A stretch of 63,914 nucleotides of DNA, counting the filler, from Hyphochytrium catenoides (Eukaryota; Protista; Hyphochytriomycota): the NCBI GenBank assembly GCA_900088475.1. It is 9 parts of 9 records of this genome, joined end to end, with 100 filler letters (N's around TTAATTAATTAA, not from the genome) between each part and the next. Parts side by side here need not be neighbours in the genome. Positions count along the whole stretch, not along the records: positions 11,797 to 14,694 come from FLMG01003123.1; positions 14,795 to 39,791 come from FLMG01002038.1; 7 more parts are not named here. One strand, given 5' to 3'. The notes under the pieces were generated by a model. It had not been told where the DNA came from. It ran no database searches and worked only from the letters and a program-made list of their open reading frames with translations. Numbering within the stretch: the first letter of the stretch is position 1; every line of letters begins with the position of its first letter. Shown one piece after another: positions 12,996 through 24,020 of the stretch. The position numbers and the translations under genes were made by a program.

Positions 12996-14533
12996 TTAGC
13001 CCCACAGTCTGTCTTTTAACCGTTGAAGCAAGCTTGATCCTTTGCCCGAACTGGACTCTGACGTCCCCCAAATACCGAGGCCTTTGACCTTGGCTCTTGA
13101 CTGGGCTTTTTCTAACTTCTCCAGACGGGCAACGAAGGTCTGCAGCGACTTGATGCTGACAAAAGGAGAGAGAGACCCATACACATAAGAGAGACAATGG
13201 GGAGGGAGGTGGGGGGGCAGACATAAGGGAGGTGCGAACCATCCTGTCACCTTTCCGATCTCGACCTCAGCCAGTCCACTAACCTGCCATCAAGTTCTTT
13301 GCCAGGTACTTCATCCCTGAGTGCCGCCAGCCCCAGGTCTAGCAGTCTTCGACTGAGGTCCTGCCTAAGAATGCTCCCTGTCTACACGACGAAGGAGCCG
13401 TATAAATATCTATGGACTGTTTGTACTCTATCACGTCCATACGACTTCCTACCGGTCTGTACGATAGGTCACATACGAGCCTCATTGGGTCCTCTTTATC
13501 CCTAGAGAACAGCGAGCGGAAGCGGAAGCCATTTCGTGAGACAGAAAGCGAGAGAGCAGCCACCTTCCTGAAATTGAATAGGGAAGCGAGCTGGAGGCCG
13601 CGGGCAGCGACGGAGTGACAGGGGGATAGAAAGGACAGAACTTTGGAGACAAGGAAGAGGGAGGAGCAACCCCTTGACTACGGCTAAGTAAGAGAAGCCA
13701 TGGGTCACGCTAGTCTCTCCCGCTTAACTTCAGAGGTCAAACTTACTGCTGCACTATGCTGGCCCTGAGATAGCGATTACTAGCCAATAGCTCCTCTCGC
13801 ATCAGGGCTTCAGCCTCCTGTCCAAGAGTCACGCCGAAAGGCCTTACTCTCAGAATAGGAGACTCACGGATGGACCCTAGCAGTTCAGCAAGCGTTAGTA
13901 TAGGCAGGTTGAAGTTATTTACTGTTCAGCAACCAACACCTGGCTCGACAGCAGCGAGGTCAGCGAATGAACTCATCTTCTTGGAGCTCGGGAAGTCGTC
14001 GCGCAGGATCCAGCCTCGGAGGTAAGGCACATGATACACATGGATGGTAGCTGGATCCAGGCGCGGCTCGTACTTTATCGCGCGCACGCGGAGAGTCTTT
14101 CTTTTCTTAATCATTTGCATTGGAACGTCGGCTGCCCGATCAAATCTTGTGAACTGTGACGAGCAGAGTCATGGCAGTCAGCCCATCGGCGAACACTGTC
14201 TTCTCCAATCGCTCGACTTACCCAGCCTGTCTGTCGCAGCGTCAGAAAGGCGGCGCCTCCCATGGCTGCGAGGCAAGCGTAGCGAAAGGCGATGAGGTGC
14301 TCATCTATGAAATCTCCGGCGGTGATGGACCAGTGCCCTACTCTGTTGCGAATAGAGGAGGTAACAAGATCCCAAGTGACAGGAGAACTCCTGTTTAACT
14401 TCCTGCTGTCGTCTGGGGCAGCGCTGCCCTTCGGCTCGCCATCAACATGGTCAGGTCCTGTCCCTTTATCAGTCTCTAAAGAGAAGGCTGGTAGTGTACT
14501 CCTCCCACCTCTCTTAGTTGCCTCCTCTGGCAT
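12996..14533 (-). CDS. Staphylococcal-nuclease-like OB-fold protein (C3orf33/LCL3-like) with N-terminal hydrophobic segment
   Basis: Multi-exon. FIDEHLIAFRYACLAAMGGAAFL (TM-like), IHVYHVPYLR, LRVRPFGV, QDLSRRLLDLGLA, and the typical SNase C-terminus LEKAQSRAKVKGLGIW. Confidence 0.72.
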
Positions 14534-14976
14534 CTTAGTCCTTCTTCAGAGCCTTACAACGATTGCAGCCAAGCAAAGAGCAACACTTAGAGCTGCATCT
14601 ATTACCTTAGCGCAGGCGGTGCATCCACAATCAGCTAAATAAGGCTCTCCTTTCTCCAGATTATCTTCAAAGGGACTGTCATCTACTTCCATGGNNNNNN
14701 NNNNNNNNNNNNNNNNNNNNNNNNNNNNNNNNNNNNNNTTAATTAATTAANNNNNNNNNNNNNNNNNNNNNNNNNNNNNNNNNNNNNNNNNNNNTAGGGA
14801 AGAAAAGAGAGAGAAGGCTGACAAGATCACGGGAAAGACGGAAAAAGGAGAGAAAGAGAAAACGAAAGAGAGAGGGGAAAGAAAGAAAGCGAGAGAGAGA
14901 GAGTGAGAAAGACAAGCAAGAACAGGGAAAGCCGAAGAAAGAGGGGGAGAGAGAGAGGGAAAGAGAGACACAGTAG

Positions 14977-15466
14977 CTACTTAACGGTATCTGCGCCAAA
15001 AAGACGTCGCATTTCCAGATCTGGATTCAGACGCTTCACATCAACGGCCAAGAGGAGAGAGAGAGGAGAGCGCTGAGATCCCTCTCTCTCCCCCGTGACC
15101 TCATTCTTTTCTTCCGTTAGCTGTAGGAGAGAATCAAGATCCTCTTGCTCCTCTTCTCTCTCTCTCTCTCGCCCTCGGGCTGATCCTTTTCCTCTACAGA
15201 GAACCAAACAGTAAGCAAGGCCGTATCTTCTTGAAAGGCAGAAGTCGAGCCCCCTCTTTCTCTCTCTCTCTGTCTCCTCTTCTCGCTCTTTCTGTCTCTT
15301 TCTCTCTTTTCCCCTCTGTCTCACACACACACTCGGCCTCTCTCTCTTTGCCTTGCTCTCGTCCCCTCCTATCTGTCTTTCGGTGCCTCTCCCTGCATGT
15401 GTCTTTCTTTCTCCACTTTCGCCTCTCCCGCTCTCCTTTTACCGACGGGGTATTCTCACGAGATGG

Positions 15467-15523
<57 letters not shown>

Positions 15524-15909
15524 CTTCCCCTGCTTCTTCGAGCTACCTCTTTCTTGATCCTCCTTTCCTCTTCTTCTTTCCTTTGGCTCCTTCCTTAGTC
15601 TCTAATGCTGCTGTGTGAGCGGTTGAAGAGAGAGACGACACGTTTGCTCCCCCAGTCTCTTCTTCTTTCTCCTCTCTCTCCTCCTCTGACTCTGAGTCTA
15701 GCAGCTGGACACAGCTGATGAAAAAGAGAGAAAAACGAGAAAATCGGGAGGACAAAAAAGAGGAAGAGAGAGGAAAAAATGGGAGGAGCAAGAAAAGCAG
15801 AGGGAGAGAGAGATAGTAACTGACAGCCACAGAGAGAAAAAAGACTACGTCCATCTAGGCCGCCAGCACATTCGGAGAGAGACAGAGAGTGACATGTGGA
15901 GAGAGAGAG

Positions 15910-15940
<31 letters not shown>

Positions 15941-16263
15941 AGAAAGAAGGGATTACCAAAGAATGTGCCGCAAAAACGCCCGCGGACGGCTTCACCTCCT
16001 CCTCATCTTCTCCTTCCGATTCGCTGCCATAACCAGAGTCGAAAGACTCACTCTTCAGCTCTTCTGAAGCTTTGATCTTGTTAAGGCGCGCTGCATGTCG
16101 AAGAGACCTGAAGACAGAGAAAAGTCCCCTACTTAATCCCACATGTAACCCGCTGGATGATGAAGAGAGAAAGAGAGAGAGAGAGAGAGAAAACAAGAGA
16201 GAGAGAGAGAAAACGAGAGAGAGAGAAAGACAGAGAAGAGAGAAAGCGAGAGAGAGATAAAAA

Positions 16264-16305
<42 letters not shown>

Positions 16306-16548
16306 AGAAAAGTAACCGGACATGGTTCAGATCCAAAAGGACAAGGTCCACAAAACACTATGCTGCTTTCTTATTATGCAGTGGATTCTTGATGCATGGA
16401 CACCGGAGCTCCTCTGTCTCTTCAGAGCAAGGGCCTGCAACCGCCTTAATACTCTAGAGCTGCCTCCGCCGCGTTGAATCTCTAGAAAGCGCGTCTCAAG
16501 AAAAGCTTCAATTCTCATTTCTGAAGCTTTTTTCTGCATTCTTGCCAA
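14977..16548 (-). CDS. Hypothetical multi-exon protein fragment, acidic low-complexity
   Basis: Non-repetitive coding-like segments separated by CT-rich introns (MRIEAFLETRFLEIQRGG; SLRHAARLNKIKASEELKSESFDSGY; LLAVDVKRLNPDLEMRRLFGADT); no family recognised. Confidence 0.45.
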
Positions 16549-17055
16549 GAGTTCTGATGAAGATTGACAAAATGACGGGGAACTATTGCGACTATATAAA
16601 GGCTGGTGGGGGAACTGCTAAAAGGATTACCACCTGTAAATAAGAACTATATGATACTATAATGGCTTTCTAGCAGGTAAGGAGTTCATGGTCCTTGGGC
16701 TTATTATGTGTTTCAACAAGAAGACAGAACTAAATACGTCATTATTAGGTAAATGAGAATCAGTTCCGTAATTATTTGAGCGATTATCGAGGGGTTGATA
16801 ATCCAAAGAGATCTCTCCTAGCTAATAGCGGAGAACTAGGATCGAGTTTGTAATGCCAAATAACGTTGCAGAAGGAAGGGGTAACTCCGTAAAAGCGAAT
16901 CGAAGTGTGAAGCTAGTTTACCCCACGTGGAGGCCCACTGTGTTCTGATCTCTCTCTNNNNNNNNNNNNNNNNNNNNNNNNNNNNNNNNNNNNNNNNNNN
17001 NNNNNNNNNNNNNNNNNNNNNNNNNNNNNNNNNNNNNNNNNNNNNNTGTCTCTCT

Positions 17056-17087
<32 letters not shown>

Positions 17088-17413
17088 CGTCTCTCCGTCT
17101 TCTCGCTCTGCTTCTTGCTCCTCTCGCTGGCAGTTCAAAGGCTTGACGCGTGGACAACTCGGCCAAGTTGAAGGCAGAAGAGACACGCGAGGAGAGAGAA
17201 AGAAAAGGCATGACAAATTCATGAGAGGGAAAGAGAGAGGGAGACGAGCCTCAAGAACTGAAAAATCCTTGACTTCCGACGGAGCAACCACTCTCTCCTC
17301 ACAAAGACACTTTCCAGCTGTGCAGACAAGGGAGAGGATTGGGAGAGAGAAAGACAGAAAAGAGAGAAAAAGAGAGAGAGAGTCGGCAATCGAGGAGAGA
17401 AGAAAACGATACG

Positions 17414-17834
17414 ATGAAGTCTTATAATGGACAGAGCAGCAGGAAACGGGGAAGAGCCTTGCTGCTGCTCTATCTCCTAGTGATCTCTCTTACTTGCGGA
17501 TTGTTGGCAGTAGCTCAGGTCTCCGGGCCATATCTCTCTATTTTTCTCTCTCTCTTCCTCTCTCCCTTTATCTCTCTCTCTCTCTCTCTCTCTTTCGTTT
17601 CTCTTGTCTCTTTCGTTCCTCTCTTAAACTCACTCAACCTGTGTGCTCTCTTTATCTGTCTCTCTCGCGTTCCCTTTCGCTGACATTTCTTGCTCAATCT
17701 CTCTTTCTCTCTCTTTCTCCGTCTCTCTCTGTCTGTCTCTCCCCTTCCTCATCCTCAGGCTGTCGAGATAGAGGCTACGGAGGAATGGCAAGAAGTGCTG
17801 CCGGGCCAGTCTATCCCTAAGGTTTGCGTTCTCG

Positions 17835-17883
<49 letters not shown>

Positions 17884-18549
17884 TATTCTTTCTCTTCTCT
17901 CCCTCTTTACCCTTTTTCTCTCTCACACACACAATCTCTTACTCTCTCTCTTTGTCTCTCTCTCTTTGTCCCTCTCTCTTTCCTCACGCACCTCCCAGGG
18001 TCTGCATGTTAGAATGGATCTCTCCACAGGAAAGACCTACGCTAAGCTTCTCACAAAAGAGAGAGAGGAAAAGAAAGAGGACTCTGTCTCGCTCCAATCC
18101 ATAGAAATAACCCCAAAGGGACAGCATCTCGTGCTAAAAGAGAAAGAAGAGAACACGTCTCTCTCTCTCTCCCCGCACTCAGACCTGGAGGTTCGGAAAG
18201 AAAAAGAAGAAAAGAGAGAAGAAGCGATGAGCGTAATGGAAAAGGTTCTTCTTTCTCTCCCTTCGGAGGGAGAAGAAGAAGGAGAGAGAGAGGGAGAGAG
18301 AGAGAGAAAAGGCGCAACCATAAGCGGAAAGGCTCTGGAGCAGCTGAAGCGAAGTCTTTCTCCTGAAAAATTTCAACAACTTCTGGAAAAGCTTTGGACT
18401 GACCGACAGCAGCTCCTGCAGCAGGCCATGGATTCCATGAGGGTAAGAGAATAGAGAAGAGAGAGACACAGAGAGAGAGAGAGAGACAGAAAGAGAGACG
18501 GAGAGAGAGAGAGAGAGCGAGAGAAAGAGAGAGAGAAGAGAGAGAGAGA

Positions 18550-18601
<52 letters not shown>

Positions 18602-18602
18602 A

Positions 18603-18647
<45 letters not shown>

Positions 18648-19039
18648 AGTACGTGATTTTCGATAGAGAGAGGGTGAAAAGGGAGGACATGACAAACGAG
18701 GAGGGAGAGAAGGGAAAGAGAGAGAGAAAAGACACACAGAGGAAAAGAGAGAGCAACAGGGCTTTTTCCACGTCTTTCTTATTCCTGTGGCTCTCTCTCT
18801 CTTCCTCTACTCTAACTCCTCTTTCTCCCTATCTTTCTCTTTATGCCTCTTACATATTTTCTCTGTTTTTCTCTCCCTCTGTGTGTCTCTCGCGCTTTTC
18901 TCCTCTCTCTTCTGTTTCTCTATCCTTCCTTTCTCCTGGATCTCTCTCTCTTCTATCTCCTTTATTCGCGCGCTGTTCTCTGCTTATGTTCTCTCTCTCC
19001 CTCTCTTCTTTCCTCTCTCTCTCCCTCCCTCCCTGTCTT

Positions 19040-19114
<75 letters not shown>

Positions 19115-20413
19115 GTCTCTGTCTGTCTCTCCTCTTCCCCCTTCACCCATTTCCGTTACTCTCTCTTTTTTTTCTCTCTCTCTCTCTCTTTCCAGAATGA
19201 AGCGGACTATCAGCGAGAGCTCATCCGCCGGATCCAGTCTCCTGACGCGACAACAGAAGAGCTGTTGAGCGCTTTAGAAGAAATAGAGTGGGAGGTGCAA
19301 GATATAGACAAAGGGAGAGACTTTCTCAAGGGAGGAGGTCTCTCTTCTCTCTCTTCTCTTCTCTCTTTCTCTTCTCTCTCCGTTCAGGGGAGAGCTGCTT
19401 GGGCTCTTGGCTCCAGTGTCAGGCACGACGCTGCGCTGCAGAATATGGCGCTGGGAGAGGGAGTGATGGAAAGACTCGGAGAGATGCTGAAGACGGAGAC
19501 AGAGGGAGAAGAGGCCACTGAGATGAAGAGAAAGGTAAAGAGTCTCTCTCTCTCTCTTTCCTTGTCTCTCTTAAACGACCCGTTGCCTCTGATTCTCAAT
19601 GTTTAAATTTGTGGGTCATACCTCCTCAATATCTGTCTCTTCTATTTCTCTTTATTTCTCGTTGCCTTGGTCCAATACCTTCTTTCTCTCCCCCCTCTCC
19701 CCCTTTCTCCACCCTCTCTCTGTCTCTCTCTCTGTCTCTCTCTCTGTGTCTCTCTGTCTCTGTCTCTCTCCCTCTTTCTCCTCCCCCCCTCCCTCTCTCC
19801 CTCTTCTTCTCCCTCTCTCTGTCTCTCACTCGCATTCCCCCTCTCCGCCATCTCTCTCTCTCTCTCTCTCTCTTTTTTCTAACTGATTCTCTCTCACAGG
19901 TCCTCTATGCAGTGGGCAGTCTTATCCGACACAGTCCGTTGGGGCAGGAGAAGTTCTTGGCTTCATCCCTGGAGAGAAGCATGCTCGACATTCTCTCCGC
20001 AGACACCGCCTCTCTCAAGCTGAAAACCAAGGTTCCTCTCTCTCTTTCTCTCTCTCGCTCTTCTNNNNNNNNNNNNNNNNNNNNNNNNNNNNNNNNNNNN
20101 NNNNNNNNNNNNCTCTCTCTCTCCCCGGCTGTCTCTGTCTCTCTCTCTCCCCCCTGGCCCGTTTTCTCTTATCTCTAACCGTCTGGATCTCTCCTTCTTC
20201 GCTCTTCATCTATCTCCTTTTTCCTCGTGCGCCTTGCTTTATCTCTCTTGGTTCGGCTGTCTGGGCTGCTGAGTGCCATTTCTCTCTCTCTTCTTTTTTC
20301 CCTGTTTTCCCCTCTAATTCACTATTCTCTTCTCTCTGTCCCTTTCGTTTGCTTGAGCAGTGAATCTCTTTTTATCCCCTTTCTATGTCTACAGCGACCA
20401 ACCATACATCTAT

Positions 20414-20458
<45 letters not shown>

Positions 20459-20465
20459 CTCTCTG

Positions 20466-20547
<82 letters not shown>

Positions 20548-20703
20548 TCCATATTCTTAGGTGATAGATATAGTTCATGACATCATGGAGGAAACTCCTC
20601 AGGGCGGAGTTTCTCTCCCTCTGAAGCAGCTGAAGGATAAGTTCTCTTCTTCTTCCTGGTGTCAAGAAATAATGAGGCATCTTCTGACCCCTGACATGGT
20701 TAG

Positions 20704-20734
<31 letters not shown>

Positions 20735-20772
20735 ATCCTCTTGATTCCTCTCTCTCTCTCTCTCTCTTCTTC

Positions 20773-20810
<38 letters not shown>

Positions 20811-21184
20811 TTCTCATTCCACCCAAACATTCTGCTCTGTAGTATCTATATTTTTTTCTTCCTTCGTCTAGGATCTCTCTCTCTGTGTCTCCCTTTTCAA
20901 CGTTAACATGCCTAACATGTCTATCAACACATCTCTCTCTCTCTCTCTCTCTCTTTTTGCAGAGTTCAGTCCAAAGAGAGAAGTCTCTCCTGACCTTAGG
21001 CTCCGTTCTCTCTTCTTGTCAAAAGAGAGAAGACTGGAAAAAGGCGAAGCTTCTCTCCTATCTCTCGGAAGTTAGGACATTTTTAGAGAGAGAGAGAAAG
21101 AGAGACAGTAATGAAACAGGAAATGCTGAGTTCTCAGACGATCTCCTTTCCCTTGTCTCCGAGCTGGAGGAAAGAGTAAGATAA
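17414..21184 (+). CDS. SIL1: ER Hsp70 (BiP) nucleotide exchange factor SIL1 (armadillo-like)
   Basis: Exons 17414-17518, 17759-17821, 17999-18442, 19196-19534, 19900-20031, 20561-20698, 20963-21184. Signal peptide; SIL1 signature [72 protein letters not shown]. Confidence 0.9.
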
Positions 21185-21728
21185 CGAGAAGTCAGATCTG
21201 GGAGAGAGAAATGTGCAAGAAGACAAAAAGAGAGATTGTAAAAGGAAGGAGAGCTAAAAGGAGAGAGAGAGAGAGAGAAAGAGAAGAAAAGAGGGGAAAA
21301 GAAGGTCATATACTCAAAGTTTTTTCTATTTAATCATTCCGTCTGCTTTGTCAAATGGCCGCGTGTCTCCTCAAAGATTAGAAGAGCAGAAGCTCTTCTT
21401 CGGGGAGGAGAGACGAGAGAGAGAAAGAAAGACAGAGAGACGGAAGGGAGAGAGAGAGAGAGAGGTGACACTCCTTCCAAGCCCCGGAAGCTCCTTCCTT
21501 TTTTCTTTCCTTCTCCCCCAGGGACATAACTACCGCTGTGCCCTGACTTGCTAAGTAACGAAGAACTAAGCCAGAAGGTACATTCGTCGCCCCACCCAGG
21601 CTAACGGCGCTGTCCCCTTCACTCGAACGGGTTATGATCTCCTTCTCTCTCCGCAGAGGTCCCAACGCAGTGATGGGCGAGTGATTGTCCCAGCTTCTAA
21701 ACAGGCGGCTGAAGGCGGACCGAGCAGG

Positions 21729-21900
21729 TCTGAGAGAGAGAGGAACGAGGGCCAGCCGCAGCCTTTAAGCGCCGTCACTAGGAAGAGCTTGAGTCACCGA
21801 TGGTGGGTCTAGAGCCATTCACTAGCTGTGGGATGTGATGGAGACAGTCTTTCTTACTACAGGCGCTCGCTTTTCTCTTTCTCTCTCCGTCTCTCCGCTC
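21729..21900 (+). repeat. Dispersed copy of a ~200-bp repeat unit
   Basis: Shares cgagggccag..cagcctttaagcgccg..ggaagagcttgagtca..agagccattcactagctgtggga.gtgatg..tttcttactacaggcgct with the tandem array at 31721-32176, in the same orientation. Confidence 0.85.
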
Positions 21901-22133
21901 AAATTTTTGTCTTCTCTCTCCTCGAGAAACTGGAAGAAGAGAACAAACGAACAGAAGATGAGTGGAACGCCTACTCTACAGCTTCTCCTCCTTCTACATG
22001 TTCGCGCTCTTCAGCCTCGTCTGTCTGTTTCACCGAAAGCAGAAAAGGGCAAAGATGCGCTCCCAGCAGCGCAGATGACCGCTCTGTAAGAGCTAGTGAG
22101 AAAAATTTTATAAAGACCTCTTATTAGTATGGC

Positions 22134-24020
22134 TCACAACCAAGCCTCTTGCCCTTGCTTAGTCAGGTCGTTGATTGCTTCGTTGATTTGCTGCCGAAGC
22201 ATCTGCTTCTCGTACTTTCTCAAGTTGTCAGAGTTCTTTGTCGCCGTCATTAACGAACTCCCAATCGTAGTGACAGCTGCGTCAGAGGCTGCGATATGCA
22301 GCTGCATGCTTTTGAATCTCCGCCGACACTTTGCCGCATTCTCGTCGATCTGGTCCTGCAGTTTCTTCTCCTGCTCTTGCTGAGCTTTTTCTAACTGTGT
22401 CTGTTTGTTCTCTAACTGTGTCTGTCTGCCTTGACATTCCTCCAAGCCTGTCCGCTGCTGCTCGAAGTTCTCCTTGAGACCGCCGACATCTGACATGACG
22501 CCATCTAAATCACTCCGTATGGAATCGAGAACTGTGTCCTGAACTATTGCTGCTTCAGCCCCATTGGCTTCAGGGGCCGCGAGAACAACCGGTGGAAGTA
22601 CGATGGCAAAGGCTTTCGCCCGATTACCGCTGCCGCTGAGCAGCATATCATAAAAGCTTAACTTGGTGCATGGTTGCTGTTGCCCTAGAAGAGGCGACCA
22701 CACATAAATTGACCGGTCTAACTGGAAGCCTGCAGCATGCTTCGTCTTGACCTCAAGTGGAATGGTTCTGTCCGTCGAAGTTGGTAAGGGTAAGTGGACA
22801 GAGCCATCAGAGTCCTTCAGGTCCGAATGAGTACCATCAATGAGGTAAAGGCGACCATAGAGGCCGCGGTTAAAGCTTGGTTCCAGCAGCTTTTGAGTCT
22901 CCACCCTCAGTTTGTTGAGAAGGCTTTCATAGCCCACCTGCGCCGTAACTTCCTCTCCCATGGTTGAGAATGGAATTTTGAAGACGCCACCATTATGGAG
23001 CGGGACATCGAGCGTCTCCTTCCCCTGCTGCTTGAGCTCGCGTAGGTGCTGAAGAGTGACTTCCTCCATGTCCGCTGGGTCCGCAGGTAGGATGTAGATT
23101 GAGTCTTCAGATGGCACGAAGACAGAAGAAGATAGGAGGAAATTGGGCCCCACAAGATGGACGCTATCTGTGACAGGAGTCTGCGCAGACCCTGGTTGGT
23201 CGCCCATAAAGATGAAGCCTGGAACACGCTGCCTGCGCTTGTTGCTTCCCCTTGAAGAGGGCGCAGCACATAGCTGAAATAGGACGAATTCCCACTTTGG
23301 AGGTGAGTCCGTATGTTCCTTGCTCTTGGCGTGAGTCTTGGTCCAGTGAATCTTTCTTCCAGTCTCTCCTTCGCATTCCTGTTGACACTCCTCGCAATAA
23401 ACTGGGTTCTTCTTCGCTGCCTTCTTCACTGTCTGATGTTGTCCTGTTGTCCTCTGCTTCCTCTTCTGCTTGCGCTGGGAAGCTTTGGGTCTCTCCGACG
23501 ACTTCTTGTTGGCTTCTTCCTCCTCTTTTCCCTCCTCCTCTTCCTCCTGGTGGTCCTCTCCCTCCTCCTCCTCCTCTTCCATTTGTGCGTCTTCCTCAAC
23601 CCCGTCTCTCTCTCTCGAGTCAGGTGGTTGGCTGCTCCGTTGGCCTTGTGTTGCCTCTCGGGAAGATGGTGGTCCAGCAGAAGAAGCTGTTCGTCCGCTC
23701 ACATCACAACTCCTGCTACTGTCCTCTGTTTTTCCATGGGCCTTAGTCCGGGCGCCCCTACTACCAAGAGAGCTTCGGAGTCTGCTAGAATAAGACTCGT
23801 TGGAGAGCGGCACCCTCGTGGGCTGGCGGCGGCCGAGCTCTTGAAAAACGTCGTCAATATGACGGTTAGAAGCTTGCTTCTTGTGAGGAGAATTGCAAGT
23901 CGCGTCAATATGACCAGGAGTCGATGGGGCGGGCGCAGCATCCATAGAGGGATAAGAGAAGTGTCCCGGGCTCCGACTCGTACTTGTTCCCTGACCGTCG
24001 GTAGGTGTCTGCTGCATCAT
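22134..24020 (-). CDS. Intronless 628-aa orphan protein: disordered/acidic N-terminus, basic NLS-like stretch, C2H2-like Zn finger, globular middle, C-terminal coiled coil
   Basis: Long non-microsatellite ORF; QRKQKRKQR; YCEECQQECEGETGRKIHWTKTH (C-x2-C-x12-H-x4-H); heptad-like tail QTQLENKQTQLEKAQQEQEKKLQDQ. Confidence 0.8.
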   Translation of the reverse strand: MMQQTPTDGQGTSTSRSPGHFSYPSMDAAPAPSTPGHIDATCNSPHKKQASNRHIDDVFQELGRRQPTRVPLSNESYSSRLRSSLGSRGARTKAHGKTEDSSRSCDVSGRTASSAGPPSSREATQGQRSSQPPDSRERDGVEEDAQMEEEEEEGEDHQEEEEEGKEEEEANKKSSERPKASQRKQKRKQRTTGQHQTVKKAAKKNPVYCEECQQECEGETGRKIHWTKTHAKSKEHTDSPPKWEFVLFQLCAAPSSRGSNKRRQRVPGFIFMGDQPGSAQTPVTDSVHLVGPNFLLSSSVFVPSEDSIYILPADPADMEEVTLQHLRELKQQGKETLDVPLHNGGVFKIPFSTMGEEVTAQVGYESLLNKLRVETQKLLEPSFNRGLYGRLYLIDGTHSDLKDSDGSVHLPLPTSTDRTIPLEVKTKHAAGFQLDRSIYVWSPLLGQQQPCTKLSFYDMLLSGSGNRAKAFAIVLPPVVLAAPEANGAEAAIVQDTVLDSIRSDLDGVMSDVGGLKENFEQQRTGLEECQGRQTQLENKQTQLEKAQQEQEKKLQDQIDENAAKCRRRFKSMQLHIAASDAAVTTIGSSLMTATKNSDNLRKYEKQMLRQQINEAINDLTKQGQEAWL

